Below, in pieces: positions 39,392 to 49,994 of a DNA stretch of 64,000 nt (position 1 is the stretch's first letter; the number at the start of each line of letters is the position of its first letter). This stretch comes from Chloroflexota bacterium (GTDB lineage Bacteria > Chloroflexota > Dehalococcoidia > CAUJGQ01). Location: the NCBI GenBank assembly GCA_963170165.1, contig CAUJGQ010000128.1, positions 14,833 to 78,832 of the forward strand, given 5' to 3'. A program made the position numbers and the translations under genes. The notes under the pieces are model-generated. The model saw nothing but the letters and a program-made list of their open reading frames with translations, did no database searches and was not told where the DNA came from.

Positions 39392-39430
39392 GCGACCGCC
39401 GGCTTCGAACCGATGTGGCTCCAAGGTATC

Positions 39431-39448
39431 GCAACTGCAATCAGTTGC
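39431..39448. promoter_or_regulatory. Inverted repeat, candidate Fur/Zur-family operator
   Basis: GCAACTG-CAAT-CAGTTGC, 40 nt upstream of the fur-like start. Confidence 0.6.
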
Positions 39449-39510
39449 ACAAGCGGAACGGCGACGCCAGCCGCCGGCGTGAAGGAGCCGGAGGGTGGGG
39501 GTAAGACAGG

Positions 39511-40002
39511 ATGAGCATCCGCGAGCCTCTCAGCATCGTACCGATGACTGCCGCCCACGCCACCAACATCGGTGGCTGGCGCTACGCCGCACCGTACGCC
39601 GTTTACGACAGCGATGCGCATACTGCTGATCTGATGCTCGACCCGGCGAATAGTTACCACGCCGTGGTGAATGCGTCAGGGAGCCTGGTGGCCTTCTGTT
39701 GCTTTGGGCGGCAGGCCCAGGTGCCAGGTGGAGACTACTCCGATGACGCGCTGGATATCGGTGTTGGCATGCATCCGCTGCTGACGGGCCAGGGGCGCGG
39801 CCGGGACCTGATCGCCGCTGTGGCAGAGCATGCTGAGCTGGTACTGGGCGCCCAGCGCCTCCGTGCCACCATCGCCGCCTGGAACCAGCGCAGCATTCAG
39901 GCGGCAACCGCTGCCGGATTCCGCCGCGCAGGCACCTTTCGCCAGGCAGCGGGCGCCGGCGGAAGAACGTTCACCGTCCTGCTCCGCGAGCCGCCTGCGT
40001 GA
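39511..40002 (+). CDS. GNAT family acetyltransferase (RimJ-like)
   Basis: WRYAAPYAVYD, GVGMHPLLTGQGRGRDL, WNQRSI...AGF. Confidence 0.88.
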   Translation: MSIREPLSIVPMTAAHATNIGGWRYAAPYAVYDSDAHTADLMLDPANSYHAVVNASGSLVAFCCFGRQAQVPGGDYSDDALDIGVGMHPLLTGQGRGRDLIAAVAEHAELVLGAQRLRATIAAWNQRSIQAATAAGFRRAGTFRQAAGAGGRTFTVLLREPPA

Positions 40003-40055
40003 ATGCGGTGTCCGCCGTCCGCTCACGCGGCAGCACCGAAGCTGCGGAAGCACGG

Positions 40056-41024
40056 CTACTCTAGATCACGAACGACGTTAGCGAGCGGTTGATCATCCAC
40101 GAACCGGGCAAGGTTTCGCAAGAAGAAGCGGGCATTGCGTTCGGCGTTGTGCGGCGAGCTTCCGGCGATGTGCGGCGAAATCACCAGGTTGGGAGTGGAC
40201 CACAGCGGGCTGTCCTCAGGCAGCGGCTCGCGGTCAAAGACATCAAGCGCGGCACCGGCGATAACGCCCGCCCGCAGCGCCGCGTCCAGCGCGCCGGCAT
40301 CGACGACGGGTCCGCGAGCGACATTCACCAGATAGGCAGACGGCTTCATTTGTCCAAGCGTCGTTTCGTTGATCAGGCCACGTGTTGCGGCGGTCAGCGG
40401 GCAGGCCAGCACGACATAATCCGCCAGCGGCAGCCGGCCTGCCAGATCCGCAGGGCGGATCAGCTCATCCACGTGCGGGACGGGATCAGCGCCGCGACGG
40501 ACACCGCACACCGTCATGCCGAATGCGTTGCACAGGCGGGCCACCTCTGCTCCGATTCCGCCGAGTCCCACGATGACCACTCTCGCCGCTGCCAGCTCGG
40601 CACACTCGAGCCGCCGCCATTCGTGCTGCTGCTGAGCGTTGGCCAGCTCTGCGAGCCGTCGCGCATGGCTGAGCATCAGCGCCAGCACGTGCTGGGCGAT
40701 GACGCCGCCGTTGACACCCGCCGCATTCGTGACCGTCACCCCCCTTGCCAGCAGGGCGGCAAAGGCGGGGGAATCGACGCCGGCGCTGGAGGTGTGCACC
40801 CATCGCAACTGCGGCCACAGCGCCAGTGCAGCGATCACGGTGCGGGCCATTGGCGTCCGCCACATATCCGATGAGAGATACACCACCTCGGCGGCGGCGG
40901 CATCAGCGCTCCACGTGCCGTTTGCGGCGTGAGTCACGACCGTGGCCCGCGGCGCGATCCCCCGCAGGTCGGTGGCATATTGCTCGGCGAAGTGCTGCGA
41001 AAGGACAAGCGTCGGTGCGGACAT
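40056..41024 (-). CDS. D-2-hydroxyacid dehydrogenase family protein
   Basis: SAGVD, VTNAAG, IVGLGGIG, LVNVARG, AALDVFDREPL, ISPHIAG. Confidence 0.93.
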   Translation of the reverse strand: MSAPTLVLSQHFAEQYATDLRGIAPRATVVTHAANGTWSADAAAAEVVYLSSDMWRTPMARTVIAALALWPQLRWVHTSSAGVDSPAFAALLARGVTVTNAAGVNGGVIAQHVLALMLSHARRLAELANAQQQHEWRRLECAELAAARVVIVGLGGIGAEVARLCNAFGMTVCGVRRGADPVPHVDELIRPADLAGRLPLADYVVLACPLTAATRGLINETTLGQMKPSAYLVNVARGPVVDAGALDAALRAGVIAGAALDVFDREPLPEDSPLWSTPNLVISPHIAGSSPHNAERNARFFLRNLARFVDDQPLANVVRDLE

Positions 41025-41169
41025 GGCGGGTCCCGCGGGGCGGATGCTTGTGAGTTGGCCGCCACCTGAGATGGAGACCAGTGTAGACGGGTGCTGCGCG
41101 GGCCGGCAACGGGACACGGCCGCCCGTCAATCGCCGGGCGGCCGTGCGTGCGACTGCTTGTAGCCGCTA

Positions 41170-42711
41170 TCAGCGAATCGCGGCCAGGATCTCTGGTTCC
41201 AGTTGCGGATACTTCTCCAGCGCCGCCACACGCTCGGTCTTGAGGCGCTGCACGATGGCACGGTACTCATCGAACCGGCCCGCCCGCTCATATAGCCCGC
41301 GCGGCTGGAGGACGTCCATGTCGTCGAGGTCCGGCACCGCCGTCGCGACCTCATAACCGAAGTCGGGATCCGCGGTCCAGGAAATAGTACCTTCAGCGAT
41401 CGCCTTGACGATGGCGGACGAGTGCGGGATTTTGACCTTCTTCGAATCTGGGTGCCCCTCCGGCCCGCCGACCCAGCCGGTGTTCAGCAGGTAGACCTCC
41501 ATCGGCCGCTGCTTGAGGATCTCCAGGAAGCGGTTACCTTGCTCGGCGTGCAGCATCGGCCAGAACGGGTTGGTGCCCGGCACGCGCAGTGCCTTGCCCA
41601 TCTCGTCCTTGCCACCGGCGCTGGTGCCCATCGTCTCGCCGAGCATGAAGTATGCTGCCGCCTGTTCGCCGCTGAGCCGGGCTACACCAGGGATGATGTT
41701 GTCATTGCGGTTCAGGATCAGGATCACCTCGGCCGGCGGGGCGCCGTCGGGGTGCTGCCACTCGATGTTCGACATCGGGAAGACGGCGCGCCCGTTTTGC
41801 GTATACGAGGTGTCGAAGAAGTCTACTCTGCCGCCCGCATCCTGGGAAACGTTCTCCAGGTAGGCATTGGCGTTGGTGACCCCGCGATGGATGTTCGGCT
41901 CATAGCGCGGATCAAGCGCGAAGGTCTTGGCGAAGCAGCCGTTCTCGGTGGCGTACACCCGGCCGTCCGGCATCAGCGCAATGAAGTCGTCCTGTACCGG
42001 CAGCGAGCCGTTCTGGCGCGTGAAGGTCGTCGTGGTCTTGCCGGTGCCGGACAGCCCAATGATCAGCAGGCTGCGCTTGCGCTCGCCGACGGGAATCACC
42101 TTCCAGCCGGCGTGCATCGCAAGGCCGCCGCGCCGGTGGACGATCTGATTCCACATGCGCAGCCCGCCCTTCTTCGACTCGCCGAAGTAATCGGAGTTGA
42201 AGACGCGGGTGACGCCGGCCTCTAGGTCGACGGCGATCAGCCTGCTATTGGGATAACCCTCAGCGATGAGGTTCGGGGTATAGATGACCGTCACCTGTGG
42301 CTCCACAGGCAGTTCATCGGTGTAGTACAGGAACTGTTGCATCCCGGCGACGTTCGCGTTCGCCTTCTCGATCACCAGCCGGGCGGCAACGCGGAACTGC
42401 GGGTCGTTGCCGATGTAGCCATCGATCACCAGCATGTCCTGTTGCTCGATGTAGGCATCCTGCAGGGCCGCCATTCGCTGGTACTCGGTGCGGCTGATCG
42501 TTTGGCCGTCAGTCGTGGAGGGGTCATCGGTGACGACATAGGTGCTGGCGGAGGAGCGGGCGTCCACACGCGTCTGTACGTTCAGATTCCCAAACTCGGT
42601 CCGCCGCGCATTCGGCATCGCGGCCGTGTACCGCTGCAGCTCCTCCTGCGTAGGATTGGCGATCAGGGTCCTGGCGTTGATGGTATAGGTGCGCGCCGCG
42701 AGCTGGACCAT
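41170..42711 (-). CDS. pckA: Phosphoenolpyruvate carboxykinase (ATP)
   Basis: YFGESKKG, MHAG, GLSGTGKTT, QDDF, ENGCFAKT, LENV, NGRA, YLLNTGW. Confidence 0.9.
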   Translation of the reverse strand: MVQLAARTYTINARTLIANPTQEELQRYTAAMPNARRTEFGNLNVQTRVDARSSASTYVVTDDPSTTDGQTISRTEYQRMAALQDAYIEQQDMLVIDGYIGNDPQFRVAARLVIEKANANVAGMQQFLYYTDELPVEPQVTVIYTPNLIAEGYPNSRLIAVDLEAGVTRVFNSDYFGESKKGGLRMWNQIVHRRGGLAMHAGWKVIPVGERKRSLLIIGLSGTGKTTTTFTRQNGSLPVQDDFIALMPDGRVYATENGCFAKTFALDPRYEPNIHRGVTNANAYLENVSQDAGGRVDFFDTSYTQNGRAVFPMSNIEWQHPDGAPPAEVILILNRNDNIIPGVARLSGEQAAAYFMLGETMGTSAGGKDEMGKALRVPGTNPFWPMLHAEQGNRFLEILKQRPMEVYLLNTGWVGGPEGHPDSKKVKIPHSSAIVKAIAEGTISWTADPDFGYEVATAVPDLDDMDVLQPRGLYERAGRFDEYRAIVQRLKTERVAALEKYPQLEPEILAAIR

Positions 42712-42876
42712 ACACCCTCCGTCACTGCTGGCCCGTGGCTCCATGTGCGTGCGCCCGGGCCGCTCGTGAATTCAGTATCCGGCGGGCAGGTGGAGTGGAG
42801 AAGTTGAGATAGGTGGCGCTTTTGTGAAATTCTCCCGGAATAGACACAGGCAATACTAGCCATCGGCGGCCTTTGC

Positions 42877-45294
42877 CTATGGTGTGCACGGCCGGTAGAA
42901 GGGCGGCTGGGGCTGGCAGCCGCTTGGTGCGGCAGACGGGGCCGCTACAGGCCCAGGCGGCGCCGTCGCTGGGGGTGGGTTCGCCGGGGCGGCTGTAGCG
43001 GACGGGCGCGCAGCGGGGGTGGCGCTACCAGCGGCGGGCCCTTGGGGCCCTGGGGTTGCGCTGCCGCCCGGGGGCGCGCTGGCCCGGGTGGCGCTAGGTC
43101 GCTGCTCTCCCGGGAACAGGTTCCCGGCTTCGGTGGTCGGATTGCCAGCGGCGGCCCACAGCCGCAGATCCTCTCGTAGCTGGACCTTCGTTCCCTTGAC
43201 CACTGGCTCACGTTTGCCGTTCACCTGTTCCCAGCTGATATCTGCCGGGACAGGGAACTCCTTCGGCGGGATGTTTAGCATTTGCAGTGCTGCGGTCATC
43301 ACTTCCTTCCAGATCAGGAGCGATGACGAGGCGCTCGTGAGGTTGGAGTTGACGAGCGCGTTGTCCGCGTTGCCCACCCACACTCCCACCGTGAGGTCTG
43401 GGACATAGCCGAAGTTCCAGGTCGCCAGCACGGTCTTGATATCCTTCGGCCCCTGCTGCGTGCCGGTCTTCGCGGCGATCGGCCGCCGGTCCGGTAGCCC
43501 GAACTGCACCTCAGGTGCGTTGTAAGTGTGCCGCTTGGCGTTGTTGTCCTTGAGAATGTCCGTGATCTGATAGGCGTATCCTGCCTGCACCACTTGTTCG
43601 CGCGCGGGTCGCTGGAACTCCAGCAGCACCCCTCCGGTGCCGTCGGTAACGCGCAACAGTGTCACCGGATCAAGCTTGCGGTGCCCTGGCTGCGGCTTGA
43701 GCACGGGGGCGCCTCGCATCTCGCCGTTGTTGGCGATGGTCGAGTAGGCAAACGTCAGGTCGAGCAAGGTCAGGTTAGAGCCGCCGGTCGCGATTGAGAC
43801 GCCGTAGTTCTCGCGGTCATCCATCGAGGTGATGCCGGTCCGGTGCGCCATATCAATCACCGCGTCGACGCCCGTGAATCCGGCCGCTTTGACGGCGGCC
43901 GTGTTCATCGAGGATGCCAGCGAGTCGCGGGCGCTCAGCGCTCCGAGGTAGCGGGTCGTGGGTCCAACCGGCGTGAAGTACTCGCGGCGGGTGCCATCGA
44001 TGCGGGAAATGAAACGGGTGGGCTGGTCATAAATAATCGTGCCGGGGTTCCAGCCTTTTTCGAACGCCGCCAGATACACGATCGGCTTGAGCGCTGACCC
44101 GGGCTGCTTGATAGCGATGGCGTTGTTGTTCTCCCCTTCGATGTCGCGCCGCCAGTAGTTGCGCGATCCTACCATTGCCAAGACCTGGCCCGTGTTGTTG
44201 TCGATGGCCACCATTGCGGCGTTGTGACACTCGCAACGGCCGCCCTTGTCGCTCTCGTAGAAGCTGATCTTCTCCTCGATGATCTGCTCGGCCCGGTTCT
44301 GCAAGTTCAGGTCCAGCGTCGTGATCACATCCAGCCCGCCGTTACGAAACGTCTCCAATCCGAAGCGGGCGATCAGCAGATCGCGGACGAAAAATACCCA
44401 ATGGGGCGCCAGAAGCGACACGTTTGGCTCGGCAAACAGGAGCTCTTCGGCACGCGCTGCGGCCGCCTGCTGTTCATCGATCTTGCCGTGGCGCACCATC
44501 AACTCCAGCACTTCATGCTGCCGGCGGACAGCGGCCTCGCGGTTGACGTACGGGTTATAGCGTGATGGTGACTGTGGCAGCCCGGCCAGGAACGCAGCTT
44601 GCGCCAGTGTCAGATTGGCCGCTGTGGTGTTAAAGTAGCGGCGCGCCGCCGCCCCTGCTCCGTTAGCGCGGTTGCCATAGTGAATCTGGTTGAGGTACCA
44701 CTCCAGGATCTGGTCCTTGGAGTAGCGCTGCGTCAGCTCAACCGCGAACACCGCCTCCTTGATCTTGCGATCGGCGCTGCGCTCGTAGCGCTGGTCGGCC
44801 GGGATGAAGACATTCTTCACGAGTTGTTGGGTGATGGACGATCCGCCGGAGCCTTGCAGCAGGCCGACCTCGGCAGAAGCGAAGTTCTCCACGCCGGCCC
44901 GCGCCAGGCCGCGGATATTCACACCTGGATTGTCATAGAAGCTGTTGTCCTCGGTGGCGATGGTCGCCGCCACCAGGTGTGGCGATATCTCCGCCAGCTT
45001 GACCGGATTACGCAGCCCCTCGGTCTCGTCTTCGAACTCGTACAGCAACGTGCCGTGCCGGTCACGGATCTTGGCCGGACCAAGGTTCTGCTGAGCGAAG
45101 GCTGTCTCGGGGTTGTCCGGCAGCTCGCTGGTAAGGGACTGATACGCGGTGTAGCCGCCAACCCCGGCCGCCCCGGCCACTCCGGCGAGTGCTGCGATGG
45201 CCAGCACAAACAGGATTGGCAGCGCATGACCGGAGGAGTGTCGCACCGCGGCCCGGCGCTGGCGTCGATGGCGGACGCGCACTGACTTCTGCAT
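42877..45294 (-). CDS. Class A penicillin-binding protein (transglycosylase/transpeptidase)
   Basis: GT51 motifs EDNSFY, GGSSITQQLVKN, RKIKE, YLNQIHYG; transpeptidase motifs SALK, SMN, KTGT; Pro/Ala-rich tail. Confidence 0.93.
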   Translation of the reverse strand: MQKSVRVRHRRQRRAAVRHSSGHALPILFVLAIAALAGVAGAAGVGGYTAYQSLTSELPDNPETAFAQQNLGPAKIRDRHGTLLYEFEDETEGLRNPVKLAEISPHLVAATIATEDNSFYDNPGVNIRGLARAGVENFASAEVGLLQGSGGSSITQQLVKNVFIPADQRYERSADRKIKEAVFAVELTQRYSKDQILEWYLNQIHYGNRANGAGAAARRYFNTTAANLTLAQAAFLAGLPQSPSRYNPYVNREAAVRRQHEVLELMVRHGKIDEQQAAAARAEELLFAEPNVSLLAPHWVFFVRDLLIARFGLETFRNGGLDVITTLDLNLQNRAEQIIEEKISFYESDKGGRCECHNAAMVAIDNNTGQVLAMVGSRNYWRRDIEGENNNAIAIKQPGSALKPIVYLAAFEKGWNPGTIIYDQPTRFISRIDGTRREYFTPVGPTTRYLGALSARDSLASSMNTAAVKAAGFTGVDAVIDMAHRTGITSMDDRENYGVSIATGGSNLTLLDLTFAYSTIANNGEMRGAPVLKPQPGHRKLDPVTLLRVTDGTGGVLLEFQRPAREQVVQAGYAYQITDILKDNNAKRHTYNAPEVQFGLPDRRPIAAKTGTQQGPKDIKTVLATWNFGYVPDLTVGVWVGNADNALVNSNLTSASSSLLIWKEVMTAALQMLNIPPKEFPVPADISWEQVNGKREPVVKGTKVQLREDLRLWAAAGNPTTEAGNLFPGEQRPSATRASAPPGGSATPGPQGPAAGSATPAARPSATAAPANPPPATAPPGPVAAPSAAPSGCQPQPPFYRPCTP

Positions 45295-45427
45295 GGTGGT
45301 CGGCGTTTCCCCTGGGCCATACGGCCCGCCGGTGCGACAGGTGTCGCTACCACCATACCTGCTGCGTGGGGAGAGGTGGATCACTCGCTCAGGGGATGAT
45401 CCCGTCAAGCTGGCAGCCGGGCAACGC

Positions 45428-45436
45428 TGCTATACT
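45428..45436 (+). promoter_or_regulatory. Extended -10 (TGcTATACT)
   Basis: About 30 nt upstream of ATG 45467. Confidence 0.5.
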
Positions 45437-45466
45437 CACCTCGACCTTTGGCCGGAGGGCGCGCCG

Positions 45467-45823
45467 ATGAGCACCGAAGCGCTGCGGGATGTCGTGGTCA
45501 GTATCGCCGTGATGCTCTGGTCATTGCTGGTGATTGTGATTGCGGCGATCTTCTTCTTCGCGCAGCGGTATACCGGCCGGGGATTCGCAGCGCTGGACCG
45601 GCTGTTCGCCAAGCGGCTGCGCCCCGCACTGGCAAAGACAGAGGCGCAGCTGCAGCAGGTCCGCAACATCGCCGGCAATCTGCCCGGTGGTGTGCCGGTG
45701 CTCGAAGGCGGCGCCACCCCATCAGTGCGATCCCGGCGAGCATTGCCGTTTGGCCGAAGGCGCCGGCGGCTGGCTCTGCCCTTCCGCAAGAAGCGCCGGT
45801 TGCCGCTGCCGTTCGTGCGTTGA
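45467..45823 (+). CDS. Hypothetical single-TM protein with basic C-terminal tail
   Basis: GGAGG RBS; TM VVVSIAVMLWSLLVIVIAAIFFF; repeated LPF(G/R)RR(K)R motifs. Confidence 0.65.
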   Translation: MSTEALRDVVVSIAVMLWSLLVIVIAAIFFFAQRYTGRGFAALDRLFAKRLRPALAKTEAQLQQVRNIAGNLPGGVPVLEGGATPSVRSRRALPFGRRRRRLALPFRKKRRLPLPFVR

Positions 45824-46039
45824 ATCGCCGCCGCACGACACGAATCCGCTGGACGAACGTGCGCTGCCCGTTATACTGATGCGGGTGTTCGGCCACGGCA
45901 CTGACGTGGTAACGGCGGCCCCTGTTCTCGCGTTGAATGGGCGCCGGACCTCTGCGCCATCTCCCCCGCCGAGACCGGCACACACCACCCGGACGGTCGC
46001 TGTACCGATCCGTACCTCACCCAAAGGAGGTCTCCCCAG

Positions 46040-47071
46040 ATGCGGAGACTGTTTCTCGCTGTGCTCGCGCTCGGGCTCACCATTGCCGGCGCGGGCAGCG
46101 CCCCGCGATCCGTCGCGTCCCAGGCGGCCCCGCCCACCCGGTTCTACGGTACCCTGACCATTGACGGCCAGCCTGCTGCCGCCGGCACCGCCGTCCGCGC
46201 CTTCATTGGTACCACCGACTGCACCTCACCCACGTCGCTCTCGGTGCCCGCGGGTAACTACACGGTCGACGTCGCCGGCGGCGGCCAGATTCCTGGCTGC
46301 GGCTCGGATGGCGCTACGGTGACGTTCCGCGTGGGCACCCGCCAGGCGAGCGAGACCGGTACCTTCAGTACCGGCACCTTTGTTAATCTGCCGCTGACGA
46401 TCAGCGGCGCGGGCGGGCAGCCGGCCCCCACCCCGCCTGCCGGCCAGCGCTTCTCCATTTCCAAGCTGGACTTCAACTCGCCCTGCATCCCGACCAACGG
46501 TGCAACCCGCTGCGATGACACCCGCCTGAAGCTGTGGAACGGCGATGCCGCCACCTGGACGGCGCGCGAGCAGCAGGCAGGTCGGCCCGCGCCCACGCCG
46601 GACCAGGTGTTCGTCTTGACCTACGAGTTCCGGCTGCTGGCTGCCGACCCGGCGGCAATTCGCTCGCTGGCGCAGGGCCTGGGCTGGCCGAAGGTGTACA
46701 TCACCGCCATCCGCTACCGTGGCACGGCAGCCGGCGAGGCCGATGAGTACATCGAGATCCACAACGTCGGCGGCGCCTCTCAAGATATGAGTGGCTGGCG
46801 TGCGCTGGCCGTGGACAGCAACACCAGCTTCTTCTTCACCGAGGGCACGGTGCTCAGTTCCGGCGCCGTCTGCCGCTTCTACACCGGTGGCCCGCGTGAT
46901 GACTCGTGCCCGGGCTCGGTCAATATCGCGACCTCCGGCGTGTGGAACGACAACGCCGGTCATGCGCAGCTCTGGTATGATCCGCTCGCGCTGCTGGCCG
47001 ATGAGACGCGCTACAACGCCGACTCAAACAACCAGCCACCGCCGCTCAACCTCCAGGGCGTGACGGGTTAG
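46040..47071 (+). CDS. Secreted protein: N-terminal Ig-like module plus C-terminal lamin-tail domain (LTD)
   Basis: AAGGAGG RBS, signal peptide, P..FYGTLTIDG module; LTD-like DEYIEIHNVGGASQDMSGWR...VWND. Confidence 0.75.
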   Translation: MRRLFLAVLALGLTIAGAGSAPRSVASQAAPPTRFYGTLTIDGQPAAAGTAVRAFIGTTDCTSPTSLSVPAGNYTVDVAGGGQIPGCGSDGATVTFRVGTRQASETGTFSTGTFVNLPLTISGAGGQPAPTPPAGQRFSISKLDFNSPCIPTNGATRCDDTRLKLWNGDAATWTAREQQAGRPAPTPDQVFVLTYEFRLLAADPAAIRSLAQGLGWPKVYITAIRYRGTAAGEADEYIEIHNVGGASQDMSGWRALAVDSNTSFFFTEGTVLSSGAVCRFYTGGPRDDSCPGSVNIATSGVWNDNAGHAQLWYDPLALLADETRYNADSNNQPPPLNLQGVTG

Positions 47072-47099
47072 ACCGGCGCCTGCTTACTTGCGGTACTCC

Positions 47100-47132
47100 A
47101 CGGCCCCGGGCGCAAGCTGCGCTTGGGGCCGT
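47100..47132. terminator. Hairpin between convergent genes
   Basis: ACGGCCCCGGGCGC-AAGCT-GCGCTTGGGGCCGT. Confidence 0.6.
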
Positions 47133-47139
47133 CGCTTTA

Positions 47140-48150
47140 CTACCGGGCCGTCGCGATCTCAACGGTGCGTCCCGTGCGTGCTGACTCATAAAGCGCAGTG
47201 AGGATGATGACGAGCGCCAGCCCGTCCCAGCCGGAGGCGTTGGGCTCGTCCCCCCGATACACGGCCTCTGCGAAAGCCTGGGCCTGGAGTGCGTACAAAT
47301 CCGTACCTGCGGGTACCCCGGCCAGCCGCGCATCAGCACCCTGCACCTCAAGCCGGCCACGCGCCGCTTCCTCGATGGCGCCGCGGGCCACCAGCGACGC
47401 CCGCGACCCGAGTAACTCCAGACTGTTGGCGGGCGCGTACACGGGGCGCATGGCACGCAGCGTCGCCAGCGTGCCCCGGCGGAAGCGGAGGTCCGCCACT
47501 ATTTGGGTCTCGACCGGCGCCGCTGGCGAGGTGGTTGCATCGGTGAAGGCACTGACGGCGGCGACCTCGTCTTCCAGGACATACCGCAGCAGATCGATGC
47601 CATGAATCCCTGTGCCGGTGCCGATACCGCCGCCCGAGACGGCGAAGTCACGGCGCCACGGGGCACTGTCGTTGATCGGCGTGTCCAGCGACCACTCAAC
47701 CGCGGCAAGCTGCACCGGGCCGATGGCGCCCTCTCCGGCCAGGCGGCGTGCCTCACGTAGCAACGGATGATGGCGCAGGTGGAAGCCGGTGCCCAGGGCC
47801 ACACCTGCCCGCTGGCACACCTCGACAATCGCACGGGCATCAGTGACAGTGGTCGCCAGCGGCTTCTCGCACAACACGTGCTTGCGCGCACGGGCAGCCG
47901 CCTCTGCCTCCGGGCGGTGCCGGTCGTTGGGGGTGGCGATCCAGACGGCATCGACCCGGGGGTCAGCCAGCGCTGCTGCCAGCGTGTCATACGCGCGTGG
48001 CACGCCGTGGTCAGCTGCAAACGCTTCCGCCCGGCCTCGGTCGCGGCTGACCACCGCCACCGGCTTGCAGCCTTGCGCCCGTATCAAGGCCGGCATGATC
48101 CGGCCGGCAGCGAACCTGCCCGTCCCGAGGATCGCGAATCCCAGTGCCAC
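47140..48150 (-). CDS. Gfo/Idh/MocA family oxidoreductase
   Basis: FAILGTG, VDAVWIATPNDRH, HVLCEKPLA, GFHLRHHP, GIHGIDL. Confidence 0.92.
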   Translation of the reverse strand: MALGFAILGTGRFAAGRIMPALIRAQGCKPVAVVSRDRGRAEAFAADHGVPRAYDTLAAALADPRVDAVWIATPNDRHRPEAEAAARARKHVLCEKPLATTVTDARAIVEVCQRAGVALGTGFHLRHHPLLREARRLAGEGAIGPVQLAAVEWSLDTPINDSAPWRRDFAVSGGGIGTGTGIHGIDLLRYVLEDEVAAVSAFTDATTSPAAPVETQIVADLRFRRGTLATLRAMRPVYAPANSLELLGSRASLVARGAIEEAARGRLEVQGADARLAGVPAGTDLYALQAQAFAEAVYRGDEPNASGWDGLALVIILTALYESARTGRTVEIATAR

Positions 48151-48210
48151 AGCAGCACCTCCCCGAGCAGTGTCGCCGGAGCGCCGCCCGGTGGCGAGCC
48201 CGTGTCCCGG

Positions 48211-49930
<1,720 letters not shown>

Positions 49931-49959
49931 CCGCTTCGGTGTGGCTAACCAACGTCAAC

Positions 49960-49994
49960 AGGGGTGAGGCGACCGTCCTCACCCCTTCTCTGTT
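49960..49994 (+). terminator. Intrinsic terminator after groEL
   Basis: AGGGGTGAGG-CGACCGT-CCTCACCCCT followed by TCTCTGTT. Confidence 0.75.
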
